From NCBI RefSeq assembly GCF_009834535.1, contig NC_045698.1, positions 8,868,001-8,932,000 on the forward strand: DNA of 64,000 bases, in the 5' to 3' direction. This DNA comes from Camelus ferus (taxonomy: Eukaryota). Shown here one piece after another: positions 36,440 to 49,009 of this stretch. Numbering within the stretch: the stretch's first letter is position 1; every line of letters starts with the position of its first letter. The translations under genes and the position numbers were made by a program. The notes under the pieces are model-generated. The model worked only from the letters and a program-made list of their open reading frames with translations, was not told the origin of the DNA and made no database searches.

Positions 36440-39400
36440 ATTTTTTTGAACTTTATTTGAAGTGTGACAAACAGAGAAAAGAGTAAAATTCTAACTGAAT
36501 AACTCAATGAATTACCACAACGTCAACTGACTTAAAACCAAGTACAGGTCATTACACTGAAGATTTTAGGCACTCAGAGAAGCTTCTTGTGTCTCCAACC
36601 AGTCGTTAACCCTTCACTCCTTCAAAAGAAAAGAGCTATCATTAATTCTTAAAATAGAGTTTCACCTCTTTATGGCTTGAAATAGAATTGGATCATAAAA
36701 TTGGAATTGTTTCATGTGTCTGGCATCTTTCACACAAGATTTTGAGATTATTTAAATTGTTTTACAGAGCTATTATTTCTTCTTCAAATGCTCACTAGTA
36801 GGCAATCCACTGCATTGCTAATTAGCGTTTGTGTTGCTTCCAGCGCTTGGCTACGAAGAATAAATCAGCTCTGCACTTTGTCATGTATGTGTCTTGATGC
36901 ACACATGCATACATTTCTGTTGAAAATACACCGAAGGGTGGAATGGCTGAGTCATGATACTTGTTTATGTTCAGTTTTAGGATCTTCTGACTGCCAGTCA
37001 TCCATTGTACCAATGAGCACTTGCTCAAGAAGTGTAGGGGGGAGTCATCGTTCTGCAGCGTTGCCAGCTCCAGGCATAGTGAAAGGCTCTTACCTTTAAT
37101 CGTTCTGGAGGGTGTGTAATGATAACTCCTGTATAATTTATAGGCCACCTTTATGCTTATTCACGATAGGACACTGAGTTAGTGATCTTTGGTGCACTGT
37201 CTGTTCGTTTCTTGCCCTTATTTCCACTCTGTTGTGTGTCTCTAATTATCCAGCAGGGCTTTGATTATTCTGTATATGAGCCATTTTTCAGTGTGCGTCC
37301 TATAAATACCTTCTCTCACTCTATGTTTGTTTTGCAATTTCTTAAGTGTATATTTTGATAAAGAGAAGTTCCTATTTTAGGTAGTCCAGTTTATCGATAT
37401 TTTGCTCTGTAGTGTTCGTGTGCTCTGTGTCTTAAATTTTTTTCTTTGCCAAGTTTAACTTATACCCCTCATTACTTAAGAGTGTGTATGTGTGTGCACA
37501 CCCATGTAACTTTCTTTTCTTCTAATGAATTAATTATCAGGGTTTTGTATCAGATCTATGCTAGAAAAAAAGCTGTTTGTATTTTCATTTTTTCTTATTT
37601 CTTGAAGAGATGTCTAAGATTGGCATGACTTATTTCTTAAGTGTTTGGTTGATTTCGGTAACAAAATCATCTAGACCTTGAATTTGTCTGTGGGGAGGTC
37701 TTTAGTTATATATCCTGTATACATTTTTCAAATTTTATTTTTCCTTCTGTGAGATTTGGTAGGTTTTTCTTAAGTTTGTTGCTTTCATTTCAGTTTTCAA
37801 ATGTATTGGTCTATATTTGTGCATAATATATTGTTATATTAATTTAACATCCATAAGCTCTGTAGTGAAGCCCCTGTTCGTTCCTGATAGTGATTATTTG
37901 TACTCGTTTTGCATTTTCTCTCAACTGGTCTTGCCAAGAATGTATCAAGTAAATTAGTCTTCTCAAAAAAACAATGTTTATTTTTGTTGATCTCTTTAAT
38001 CTATTTCCTGCTATTATTTTTATTATCTGTTTCTTTTATTTTATATGGATGTAATTTGTTATTAATTTTCTTTCACAGAAGGATGTTTAACTCATATTGT
38101 CAGCCTTTTCCTTTTTCAGCATATGCAGTTAGGACCATAAAGTATTCTTTAAGTATGGCTTTGCTGCATTCTACAAATTTTCATAATTTATTATTCAGTT
38201 CCAAGAATGTGATTTCATTGTGATTCCTTCTTGGAACAATGGATTATTTTGACCTCAATTTATGAATTTTTTTAACTCATGAGTTTTTTTTTCTGATTAT
38301 TCTCTTATTATTATCCGTTCCTAGCTTGCTTGATGGTGCTATGCATGAGAACATAATTAATAAGATTTAATCTTTTAAATTTGATGACATTTTAGTTACA
38401 CATATGATAAAATTTTGACAATTCCATTTAACTATTTCTTATTGCACTGACCAGAAATTCCAGTAGATGAATTGACTTTACTCCTTTACAAAGATGAGTG
38501 GACTATATTCGTGGGGCTCTTTCTGAGCATTATATTTTGTCCTGTTGCCCTATTTGTCTATTCTTTGGCCAATATCCTGCTGTCTTGATTAATACGACCT
38601 TATAGTAAGTCTTGACTTTGGAGAGTGTGAGTCCTCTGGATTTGTTTGCTTCTTCAGTGTTATGTTCATTATTCTGGGTCTTTTGTCTTTCTAAATAAAG
38701 TTTAAAATTAATTTATTGATATCTATAAGATAACTTTCAGGGATTTTTATTGAGATGCATTTATTATTATGTAATGCCCCTCATTATCCCTGATAATTTT
38801 CCTTATTCTGAAGTCAGTTTTGACTATAGTTAATATAGCTCCTCCAGTTTTCTGTTGTTTAGTGTTGGAATGGTATATATTTTTCCATTCCTTTAGTTTT
38901 ATCTTTCACTTTCCATTTAAAGTGTGTTTCTTGTTCACAAGATAGAGTTGAATCTTGATTTCATATCCACTCTTAACAATCATTTTCTTTTAACTGGTGT
39001 GTATCTAGACCATTAATTTAAAGTGACTATTAGTATCATTGAATTTAATATCTCCATGTTTATGACTGTTTCTATTCTTCAAATGTATGCTTTTCTCTTT
39101 TTAAATGTGTTCCTTTTTCTTACTTTTTTCCAGCATTATTTGAGCTTTTTATTTGATTCTATATTACTCCTCTCTTAGCATATTAATTATATTTCTTTAA
39201 ATTTTTTTTAGTGGTTGCCCTAGTGTTTGCAAAATACATACACAACTAACCTAGCCCACTTTTATTACACTTTATCACTTCATGAGTGGTGCAGGTAACT
39301 TATAACGGAGTATTTCCATTTCCTCCCTCAAGCCCCTCATAATATGCCTGTCATTCATTTCACTTATTTATCTATAGGTCAATTAAGATGAGAAAATAAC

Positions 39401-39550
39401 AGATTTTATTTTACCTAAATTTTTCCTTTTCAGATGTTTTTATTTATGTAGATTTGAGTTTCTGACTACATCATTTTACTTCTCTCTGAAGATCTTTCAA
39501 CATTTCTTGCAAGGGGGGGTCTATTGGTGACAAATTCTCTCAGTTTTGAT
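36440..39550 (-). mobile_element. Composite old L1 (L1ME/L1MC 3' end, ORF2 pieces, inter-ORF/ORF1-side pieces)
   Basis: 3' tail 'tttttgaactttatttgaagtgtga'; ORF 36822-37148(-) has YHDSAIPPFGVFSTEMYACVHQDTY (L1 ORF2 C-terminal motif); further antisense L1 blocks to 'ggtgacaaattctctcagtttt'; probably more than one element. Confidence 0.85.
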
Positions 39551-39564
39551 TAGACTAATGATGG

Positions 39565-40062
39565 ATTAGACAGGCTATAACCAGAAAAATAGAAACAACT
39601 TTACTTCTTTTTGAAAGAATGTAAATGTAAAGCAAATAATTTTAACAGAAGTGATAGAACACCTAGAAGTCAAATGAGAGTTTGTGATCTCACTAGAACA
39701 GAAAAAAAAAAAAAAAACAAAAAAAACAAAACCCAGGGAATGTGGGACCACTGGGCTGGATGGACAAAAAGCATCAATCACCTGAGTTTAGAACTTGGAA
39801 TCACAGCAGCCTGTCAAGTAGGAGCTGAATCCAGGGAGCAGATGCTGCCACCGACAGAGAAAAGGCTTGGGGTGGAGAACAGGGGAAAGAGACCTGCTGG
39901 GTCCTTCCTCTGTCTGCTCCCCAGTCCTCCCATGGGCCAACCGCAGTGGAAGACCCTGACAAGAGCCCGGGGAGACATGTGCTTTCAGCAGCCAGACCTC
40001 TGTTTAACAGAGTAGCATAGACAAAGAATGAGGAATCCATCTGAGGGCAAAAGACTCAGAGG
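39565..40062 (-). mobile_element. Ancient solo LTR (LTR78/LTR79-like)
   Basis: 'cctcccatgggccaaccgcagtggaagaccctgacaagagcccggggagacatg...acagagtagcatagacaaagaatgaggaatccatctgagggcaaa'. Confidence 0.55.
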
Positions 40063-40094
40063 CATTTAAATATTGTACTTGTTAATACCCCAGG

Positions 40095-40900
40095 AACATT
40101 TGTCCAAGAAAGAAATCATTGATCACCATACTGTGCCAAATGCTAATACGGCAGGTGCTGGAGAATAAAAGGACTAAGAAAATTAAGCAAATGATGGAAT
40201 GTTATGAAAGGAGAGGTTCAGCATTGTGGGGCTCTGTTGCAGGGATCCTGAACCTAGAGTCTTGTCAGGGTAACTAGCATTCTTCTCTCTTCCCATCCCT
40301 ACAAGGGAATGAACCTTACATGTGTAGGTTAGGGAAAATGGAGGGAGGAAGAAGGTCCTAGACAGAGGGCAAACCATGTTTGAATACAAGAAGGTATAGT
40401 ACCCTGAAAAGTGAGAGTAACACAATGATTGCTTTTGTCTCTTGAAAGAGTGAGAGGGCTCGGTGAGGGAAAGAGAATGGAAATTTCTTAGACGTCAGTG
40501 GTAAGGTCTGCAGAGCCAGATTGTGTAGCTCCTTGAAAAGCTTGTCAAAGTTTTGGGTTTTATCCTCAGAAGAGTAAGACATAGAAAAAAAGAAAAAAAT
40601 TATGACCAGATAGAGACCTTCAAGGAATTTCTTTTACTGCAGGTGGTAAACTGACCACAAGCCTCTGAGACTAACAAGGAAAAAATGGCAGTGGTTCAAA
40701 AAAGAGATGATGGAAGCTTGGACTTTGGAGAGTGAAGTGAAGAAAGCAGTCATAAATGATGCTCAGAGCTATTTATGCTGAAAAATAAATGAGATTTGGT
40801 GATATTTGTTTATTCAGTTATTCATTCATTCAACACATTCAATAATATTCATTGAATAATTATTATGTGAATGAGGTAAGTTGGAATTTATGGAGTAGTT
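40095..40900 (-). mobile_element. L2 LINE fragments
   Basis: 'ttgatcaccatactgtgccaaatg...aaagttttgggttttatcct...gagatgatggaagcttggact...gagatttggtgat', plus a second L2 tail 'ttcattcattcaaca'. Confidence 0.8.
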
Positions 40901-42261
40901 TAGACATGTTATAAGAAATTACACATAGAATTAGAATTATTAATATATGTTAATAATTAATAATAAATAATAATTGAGGGTGAAGAAGCAAAATGTACAT
41001 ACATAATTATGTTGATTATTAGTGTACAAAAGGAAGCACTGTTATTTTTAGTCATGGTGATTTTTAACATTAAATAATGCTACCATGATAAATCACAGTT
41101 GGCCAACACTTTAGGAACTTTTTATACCATTGATAGATTTTGCTACATCAGGATGCATTCATTGAAATATAGACACACATTAGTGAGGTTATTGATTGAG
41201 GATACTGATTTAGCTTGGGATTGTGGAAGGAAGGCAAAACGTAATTGGTTTATAAAGAAGTACATCTGAACACCCTGTCATTGCCTTTACTTAGTAAGTA
41301 ATTAAATGGAGGAGATGTGAGAAAATGATCCATTCTTATGTAAGCAATTAATGTCAATGAATATCACCTATACTAAATATTCAACCCATTAGGATATTTT
41401 ACAAGCAGACACAGAAAAATCAGGTCTTATATAAACCTTATGAAAATTTCCTGTAATTAAAAGCATGAGTATCAGCTATTTGAGGATAGATTTTCATATG
41501 TAACAAGAAAGCTGATGCTAGCTGTAAACATGGTTTCTAAAAAAATACTCTCAGTGCAACAATGTCCATAGACACCCCAAAATATACTTGGTGATATATC
41601 TAAATGCTGCAGCAAAAATTAAAGTCCATACTTGTGAAAACTTATCAATGCAGATTTTTCATTCATAAACCCTTAATACAAAACGTGCCTTGAATTACAC
41701 AAATATAAGAGTTCCCTTCAATATCATAAAAATAAATAATAAATGAATGAATAATATAGGAGTCTTCGTTCCCCACTCTGCTAAATAAAATGGAATTCCA
41801 TACATAGTACTAAATCCATGGCAGAAATAAATACCCCTTTTAATAGCTTCCTGCTGGCCAATTTCAAATTTGGTCCCTAAGTTCCTATTGAAGGAAATGA
41901 CACATTTAGAATGCGACTGTCATCTATTATGGCAAATGAGTAAAACTTTTCTCATAAAAATGAAACATTTGGTGCTACAGACATAATTTTATGTCTTGGA
42001 TAAAAATTTAATACTAGATAATTATGTACATGCACATGATCTTTTCATGCTTTATCTCCACTCTGGAAAATTCCTCCAACCATTCTGAGTTTATTCAGTT
42101 TCCTGTTAGCCTCCATGGTCCGGGTGAGTCCAGACCGTGTACTCTGGTCAGTCTTCCAGTTCTCAACAGGTTCCGTTCGTCTGGTCCTGTAGAAGAAATG
42201 CTTATTCAATCTTCATATAGTAGATATTTAAGAGTTTTGGAATAAAAATAGCCAGTTTTCA

Positions 42262-42395
42262 AAATTTACTTACTAGTCGATGTAATTTCAATTTCTAAGC
42301 CTCATTTTATTTTGGTGTAAAATGATTGTATTGTAATTATTTTTCTGAGGATTAACTAAGATAGCATATGTGAACAGTCCTATAAAATATAAATA
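42262..42395 (+). mobile_element. MIR/MIR3 fragment
   Basis: 'ttctaagcctcatttt..tggtgtaaaatga...ctgaggattaactaagatagcatatgtgaa'. Confidence 0.65.
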
Positions 42396-42559
42396 TAAAC
42401 TAGATTTTCTTCCTCTTTGTGTAAGAGGTGTGTTAGACACTGTCTGAGGCTCTGAGCATTTACAAGAAACAGCTTGGCACCTCCTGAAGCTCACATGCTT
42501 TGTACACAAAGAACGGGTGAAGCCTCTGGTGTTATTCTTGCCCCAAGTCCCTGCTGGTT

Positions 42560-44048
42560 CATACTTCCCTTCTCTCTTAGATGTTGGGTTCCTCAGAGCT
42601 CATTCCTAGTCTCTGGCTCTTCCCTCTCTGCACCCTCACAAGCCTTTGCATTCTCAAGTCTTCATTAACCTGCAAATGTTAGCAGACTCTAAATTTCTAC
42701 TCATACCCCAGAATTGTCTTTCAAACGCTGACTTTATATGACCAATACACTATTTGACATTTGAACCCAGGTAAATCACAGACAGCTCAGAGCTACGTTT
42801 TCAGAAGCCTTGATACTCCCTTCCCAATTGGGTTTTCCCTCCTGCTTCCCCCTTTCGGTAAATGACACTGCTATCTACCAAATGCCTTGATCCAGAAACT
42901 TCGCCCCTTCTTCCTTCTTCTCTTCCTATTAGCATCCACATCAGAACCTCCAGGCAAGCCAATTTTCTTCCCAAATTATGGCTGGAATATCTTCACTTAT
43001 CATCACTTTTGCTACTACAACTTGAATACAAACCAGTGTTATCTTTTGCGTTTAGTATTGTGGGAGCTTTCTGATTTTATTCTTCTTCTGTTGGTCCTCT
43101 CAACTCTAAAATCCTAAAAATAACAAGAGTAATCTTTTGCAAATGTAGGTTAGATCAGACAACTGCCCCTATTCAAAAGGATTTCCTAAATTTAAATAAA
43201 ATTCAGGCTATATTACATGACATACACAAATGTGTATAACTCAGTCTCTGTGTTCCTCTGCAGACTCACTTTATATCACCTGTTTATGTAATCAGCATTC
43301 TTCAGTTTCTTGGGTCCTCTCTCTTTTGCTTCTTCAACTTCATGAGTCTTCCTCGTTCTTTGGTTTTATCATACGTATTTCTTCAGGGAGATCTACACAC
43401 AAATGAAATAACCCTCATTAGATGTATGGTAGATTGATGTGCAATATCCTTTTCAACTTTCTTCTAGTGTCCTTTCATTTAAGGTAGAAAAAGGAAAACC
43501 ACAAATAATATTTTCCAAACTCTGCGTACCTAAGGTTGGGCATGAGAGATGAGTCTTAGCTAATGGGATCTAAGTGGAGGGGATGTTTGAGCCTTTGGGT
43601 GGTATTAAGATGCAGTAATGAGCCATTCTGGAAAATGTGGGTGAAATGAATCCCCTAGGGATGGTGGAATAACAAAATGAAGGATTTGGTCTCCGAAAAG
43701 GGTGGCTGGTGCCTACCTTTTTTTCAACTGTTATGTGAGAAGGGAATGGATTTTTTTTTTCCCCCATAAAACCACTGTTATCTGGGGGGGGGGGGTTGTT
43801 AAAGCATTTGGCTTTATTCATGCAGCATTACTATTCTTTATCTCTGAGTTCTGTTTACTTCCTTCACATTTCTTAATTATTAACTTATTTGCTTGTCAGA
43901 TATGTGTCACCTCTACTAGACCGACGGCAAGACAGAGGAGGGCGGGAGCTTCCATGGCTCTGCTGATTATTGGATATCCCGGGTCTGTTTCAGCCCTTAG
44001 TTCATAGTAGCCTTGCAATACAGATTGGTGAGTGTATAGATGAATTAG
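42560..44048 (+). mobile_element. L2 LINE split by an MLT1 LTR
   Basis: L2 RT-region motifs ('gatgttgggttcctcagagctc..tcctag', 'ggtaaatgacactgctatctacc') to ~43420, resuming at ~43820 and ending in the L2 tail 'catagtagccttgcaata...gatgaat'. Confidence 0.75.
43425..43820 (+). mobile_element. MaLR LTR, MLT1I/J-like
   Basis: 'gagccattctgga...cccctagggatggtggaataacaaaatgaagga...tgcctacct...ttatgtgaga...aaaccactgttat'. Confidence 0.65.
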
Positions 44049-44104
44049 AATAGAAACATTATTGGATTGAGTAAATCTTTCGGAACTATTCCTCACATGA
44101 TTTC

Positions 44105-44238
44105 TTTATGTTAAACTCCCACGAATCCCCAAGGGAGCTTAATTCCGACGTAGCTGATTGGGCCGTGGATGGTTGCAGCTGGGTATCGGGAGCTTCCTGA
44201 ATGATTCCAAAGCACAGCCAAAGTTAAAGAAGACGCTC
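44105..44238. mobile_element. MER5A-like hAT MITE fragment
   Basis: 'gagcttcctgaatgattccaaagcacagccaaagttaaagaagac' corresponds to the MER5A end. Confidence 0.6.
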
Positions 44239-47200
44239 ATGATGGTTTTCTCAAGGGAAATACAGCCCCCATTAAAATAATAAGGCATTGTTTGACAAGA
44301 TATTTTGAAATTTAACATGAAATGATCTGTCAGATATTTTGATTGGTTCATTGACCTAATGTATGGGCAGCAAGACCAAGGAAAGAGAAAATTAACCTAC
44401 AGAGAGATAATGTCATCCTGCTGAGTCCAATTGTAGCTAGTAAGATCAGACATAAAAATAAAGCCTGGAAAAGGACTCAGAGGAATAACATGGGTCACAG
44501 AACTCCACAACTGATGTCATCTTGGATGTGCTGTTTGTCTGGCCTTGACAAGAAAACATTCTGTCAACACTGCAGTCCCCTCACCAACCATCTTCATCCT
44601 CTCTGCGTTGTCTGTTAGTGGCCAGCACCATTAAGATACTTATCAGCAACTACACCAAAGGTTCTTGTTTGTTTGTTTTTTAAGTTTAAAAATATATGAC
44701 TTACAATATTATGTTATAAACAGCTTGAGACAAAAATTACTGACCACACTACACAATGCAATAATACTTTTTCTAAGTAGTTAATAAGCAAACACACTTA
44801 GACCTAATATGTAACAGACCATCGTCTACAGGGTTCCATAAATACAGAGGTTTGTTGGAGCTTCAGGGCAGGTTTGGCTATGGAAATAGTTTCTAACCTG
44901 GCCCTCTTCGGATTTTCCTGTACTTTCATATTTATGATTCAAATAAAATGTCAGTATTTTCCTGCCTCCAAAGCTACGACATTCATCTGCACAGAGTAAT
45001 TGTCTCGGCCCCTTTAACTCACTGCTACTCTGTGCTAATGATACAGGACTACTTTTTCCCTCCTGTACCTTCCTGTGTAATATCAGAACTCAAGGAGGTG
45101 ACCCCCTTCCAATGTGTGTTCTACAAAACTCTTTGCCGTGACTGATTACGATGGTTTTTTCTCTTCTTCTTTGGATTAGTGACCGCAGTTGAAAAGTCAG
45201 TTGTGCCTTTTTGAGAGAAGAGAAGCGCCTCTTGTCTGCTAGCGGAGGAACAAACGCGGTGCGTTACAGAGCTCAGTGACCACGCTCCTCCGTGTGCAAC
45301 GCTAGTGGCTCCTCCTTCAGCGATAGCCTACGTTTAACACTAGCTTTTATTACTACTTTTGATTATATGAGTAAAAGAATTAAATTACATACATTGCATC
45401 ACAGAACTAGAGATACTTTTGTATTTCACAATAAAGGGCTAGCAAAATTTATTGAGTGATAGTAGCCAACAACAGAGTTATGGATGTTAAAATTTTATAT
45501 TGAAGCTTTACAACTTTCATTATGATTATACAAACGTAAGAAAGCAAGCTACTTTCCCCCTCTATCTTCCAAAATGAAATAGCAAATCCTTTCCTAGAAA
45601 AGAGAATGAATTAACTGCTAAAGAAGTCAGAATCAGGTATTTGCAAATCATAGGTAAAATGATCCTTATAACTACTCATAGATCAGGAGTAGTATGTGGC
45701 CCAAGCATGCTTTGTACCAAAGGAAAAAAATGGCACCATTTCTACAGGTGTAACCAGCAGTTAATTCTCTTGTATGTTTGCATTCTACTAAATTTGTATA
45801 ATTTACAAGTATATTATATATTTATTAAAACTATGTATATATTATATCTACATACATTTTTATAAACACAAATTATTACCTTGCATAAACAAGTTTTTGA
45901 ATGTTAAGTTATTCTCAAAACTATAAGAATCTTGGACAACTTTAAAAACAAATAAGAACTTGATATTTATAATATTATAATTGTATATTTGCATATAATA
46001 TATTCATACTATAATTAGCTATAATTGAATACATGCTAAGCTATAGTTTCAAGTACAATCACTGGGTGATTGGCATCATGGAATAAATACATAGAAGTTA
46101 CAATCCTAAATTCATTGAGTTTATTCCATTTCTTTAATTGTCATAAGATAACATAAAGTACATGCATGAACTCTGAAGTCACAATGATGAACCAAACCCA
46201 GGCACTGTTCTTGCAAGTTTCAAGGATAAAGTAAACAAACTTAATTTGTGTCAACAAAATACACTGTGATTTTTATGTAACAAGAAAAACATTTGCAATT
46301 CTTAATGTATGAACATGTAAAACATGACTCCACAAATGCTATATACATGAGATACATGTAATTTTTCCTGATTTTATGGACCATATATGTGTCTACTGAA
46401 CTATATCTTTGTGAGACTCAGTGAAAAAATTTATTGCATTGGGTTTGATGATGAGAAGTCAAGGGAAATCCATGGATCTACAGTATCAAGACTAAATTTA
46501 ATAAGTACTTATCGTGCAACCAAATATACAAATGAAAACCAAGTATTTGGAACTAGACTGTGTGCCTTGGTATCACTGGTTCAGGCCACAGGAAAGATAA
46601 AACTTCAACCTTTGGTAAACCTTTCATTTTTAACACTATGCAGACTAATTATCATATAAATTTTGAAAGAAATCCCCATGGCCCTCCTAAAAATAGTTCT
46701 TGATTTTCAGAAGTGAAGCATTTGTGAAGGTTCTCACCTCTCAATACGTCTAATTAGCTTTCTTTGTGCATCGAGACCTAGAAGTTTCTTTCAAGATTCA
46801 AAGCTAAAGTTAGAAACTTAATTTCAAGTGATATCAAAACCTGGCCTGATAGCACTTTGATTTTCAATATAAATTGAAATGCTTGAGAAACTATAGGCAA
46901 ATTATCATGTTAAAGTAGAGGCATCTGTCAGTGGTTCAGCCCTTTTAAAACACTTCTGCTGCAAGCTGTTAAAATTGTAGCAGATAACTCGGAATTCTCA
47001 TTTTCATATGTTTTTGAATTTTTTATTACTTGCACTACAATATTGCATTACTTACAACATTTTTACCTTAATATATATGAAAGAAATACATACATATTGA
47101 AGTTGAAACTACATTTAGGGAGATGTCTCCAAAGTATTTACATCTAATTTTGCTTTAAAATCAGTTCTATTCTGAACTCTAGAAGAATGTTGTTCTTGCA

Positions 47201-47261
47201 CTTAGTATCGCTTATCCATGGCTAGAAAAACCTTAACCCATTCACAACTTCTTACAATTTC

Positions 47262-47364
47262 CAAAAAAAATATTACTTAAGATACATTATACAAAAAAAT
47301 TCTTCATCTGAAGTTAGTTTAACTGGGCATCCTGCAATTTTCTTTGCTAAATCTGTCAGCTGTA
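47262..47364. mobile_element. MER53-like hAT MITE, one half
   Basis: 'atctgaagttagtttaactgggcatcctgcaattttctttgctaaatctgtcagc' matches a MER53 arm. Confidence 0.7.
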
Positions 47365-47489
47365 TGATAGGGAAACTTTGGAAGCAACTTAAATGTTCAT
47401 CAATGTATATCTTCATATGGCAAATGTAACACAGTACATATACATATACACATATACAATGCATATATAGCAAATATAACGCAACACAC

Positions 47490-47650
47490 GTCAGCTACTC
47501 TTCCAAGTACTTTCCAAATTGCTCTGAGAAATTTCTTGTACATTTAATCCTATTCTAGTGTCTGCTTCTTGGATGATCCAAACGAACACTGAGAGTACAC
47601 TGGTCCAGGTGGTCTAGAACGTTACTGGTGACAGACGTGATGTTGGTGAC
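47490..47650 (+). mobile_element. ERVL LTR 3' end (LTR16-like) plus start of internal sequence
   Basis: 'ttcttgtacatttaatcctattctagtgtctgcttcttggatgatccaaacgaacac' resembles ERVL U5 ends. Confidence 0.4.
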
Positions 47651-48008
47651 CCTTCTTAAGCTATGAAATGACTATGGCTGTATAGGTACATCTTAGAATT
47701 CTTGAACAATACAACTCTGTCTTCAAAGATAGTGACATTTTTAAATCATTTCTTCCTGTGATAATGATTTATCCACTGGGGAAATAAACTGGAATTAGCA
47801 GAGCATATTTCCACTTGATTTGGGCATTCTACCAGTGATTTATAAATTATATATCATTTGCCTTGATATTTATGTCATGAGACTTTATGCTTGTCATCCC
47901 TACTAATCATCTCAGATGTAAAATGAGGAAGCAAGAAGGCAGAAGTAGACGGCAAAGGCAAGAGCAGCAACCAGGTTTTCTTCACTCTGCTTGGGTATCG
48001 ATAGACTT

Positions 48009-48027
48009 CCAACACTAGGGGGCAGTA
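48009..48027 (+). promoter_or_regulatory. Candidate CTCF-binding site
   Basis: ccaACACTAGGGGGCAGTA against the core consensus CCAC[C/T]AG[G/A][G/T]GGC[G/A][C/G]TA; only the first core C is mismatched. Confidence 0.5.
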
Positions 48028-48070
48028 CAGAGGTGTCAGTGGTTTACACAGACATTTCAAATGGCTCAAG

Positions 48071-48491
48071 CAAAGGATGAAATCTCGCCATTTGCAACAG
48101 TGTAGATGGATCTAGAAGGTAATATGCTGAGTAAAATAACTCATACAAAGATAAATACCTTATAATCTCAAACAAACAAAACAAAATGAAAATAGACTCA
48201 CAGATACAGAAAACAAATGAGTGGTTGCTGGAGGAGAGGGGAAGGAGATGTGAAATAGGTGATGAGGATTAAGAGGTACAAACTTCCAGTTATAAAATAA
48301 ATAAGCCATGGAGATGAAATACACAGAATAAGAAATATACTCCATAATACTGTGATAACTTTATACGGGGTCAGGTGGTTATTAGACTTATCGTGGTGAT
48401 CATTTCATAAGGCATGCGAATGTCAAATCACTATGTTGAACACCTGAAACTAACATAATATTGTACATTAACTATATTTCAATTAATAAAA
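48071..48491 (+). mobile_element. L1MA9-like 3' end
   Basis: 'gaaatctcgccatttgcaac..gatggatctagaagg...gactcacagatacagaaaacaaa...gaggtacaaacttccagttataaaataaataagcc...acacctgaaactaacataatattgtac'. Confidence 0.9.
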
Positions 48492-48789
48492 GAGAGAGTT
48501 TTACCAGCAGATGGCCAAGGAAACTATTTTCAGGTTTAGTTTAACTATAGATTTATTATTATTTCATGTTATCTGGTGTTGAAAACTTAATACATTTGAA
48601 AAAAGTACTCTTTTGAATGATTCTGTCATTTGGAATTATGGAGTTTTATTTAATAATTTAAAAAAAATTATTAATTGATTATAAGCCTTGAAAGAGGGAA
48701 TTTTCTTTGATCTTTGACCAAGAATTAACATAAGGTATAGATTTACTTTTTTAAAAAAATCATCTTTTCTTTAACTATAAAGTGTAATT

Positions 48790-49006
48790 ATAGAATTCAA
48801 TTATATGACATTTTTTAGAAGGCAAAATTATTAGAATAGAGGACAGATCTGGTTTTTAGGGAATAGAGGGAGAAGAAACTTTGCAAGTATGAAACTGTTC
48901 TGTACTCTAATTGTGATGGTTAATGCATACTATGAATTTTAAAAACCTATAAGATAGATACTAGAAAGTAGATTTTACACTATACAAGTTAAAAATAAAT
49001 AAAAAA
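48790..49006 (+). mobile_element. L1MC/L1MD-type 3' end
   Basis: 'attcaattatatgacatt...aaggcaaaatta...gaaactgttctgtactctaattgtgatggt...attttacactatacaagttaaaaataaa'. Confidence 0.7.
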
Positions 49007-49009
49007 GTA

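Noticed and set aside
39611..40015. Longest ORF in the track (134 aa)
   Set aside because: Lies inside an ancient LTR, and its Lys run comes from a poly(A) tract
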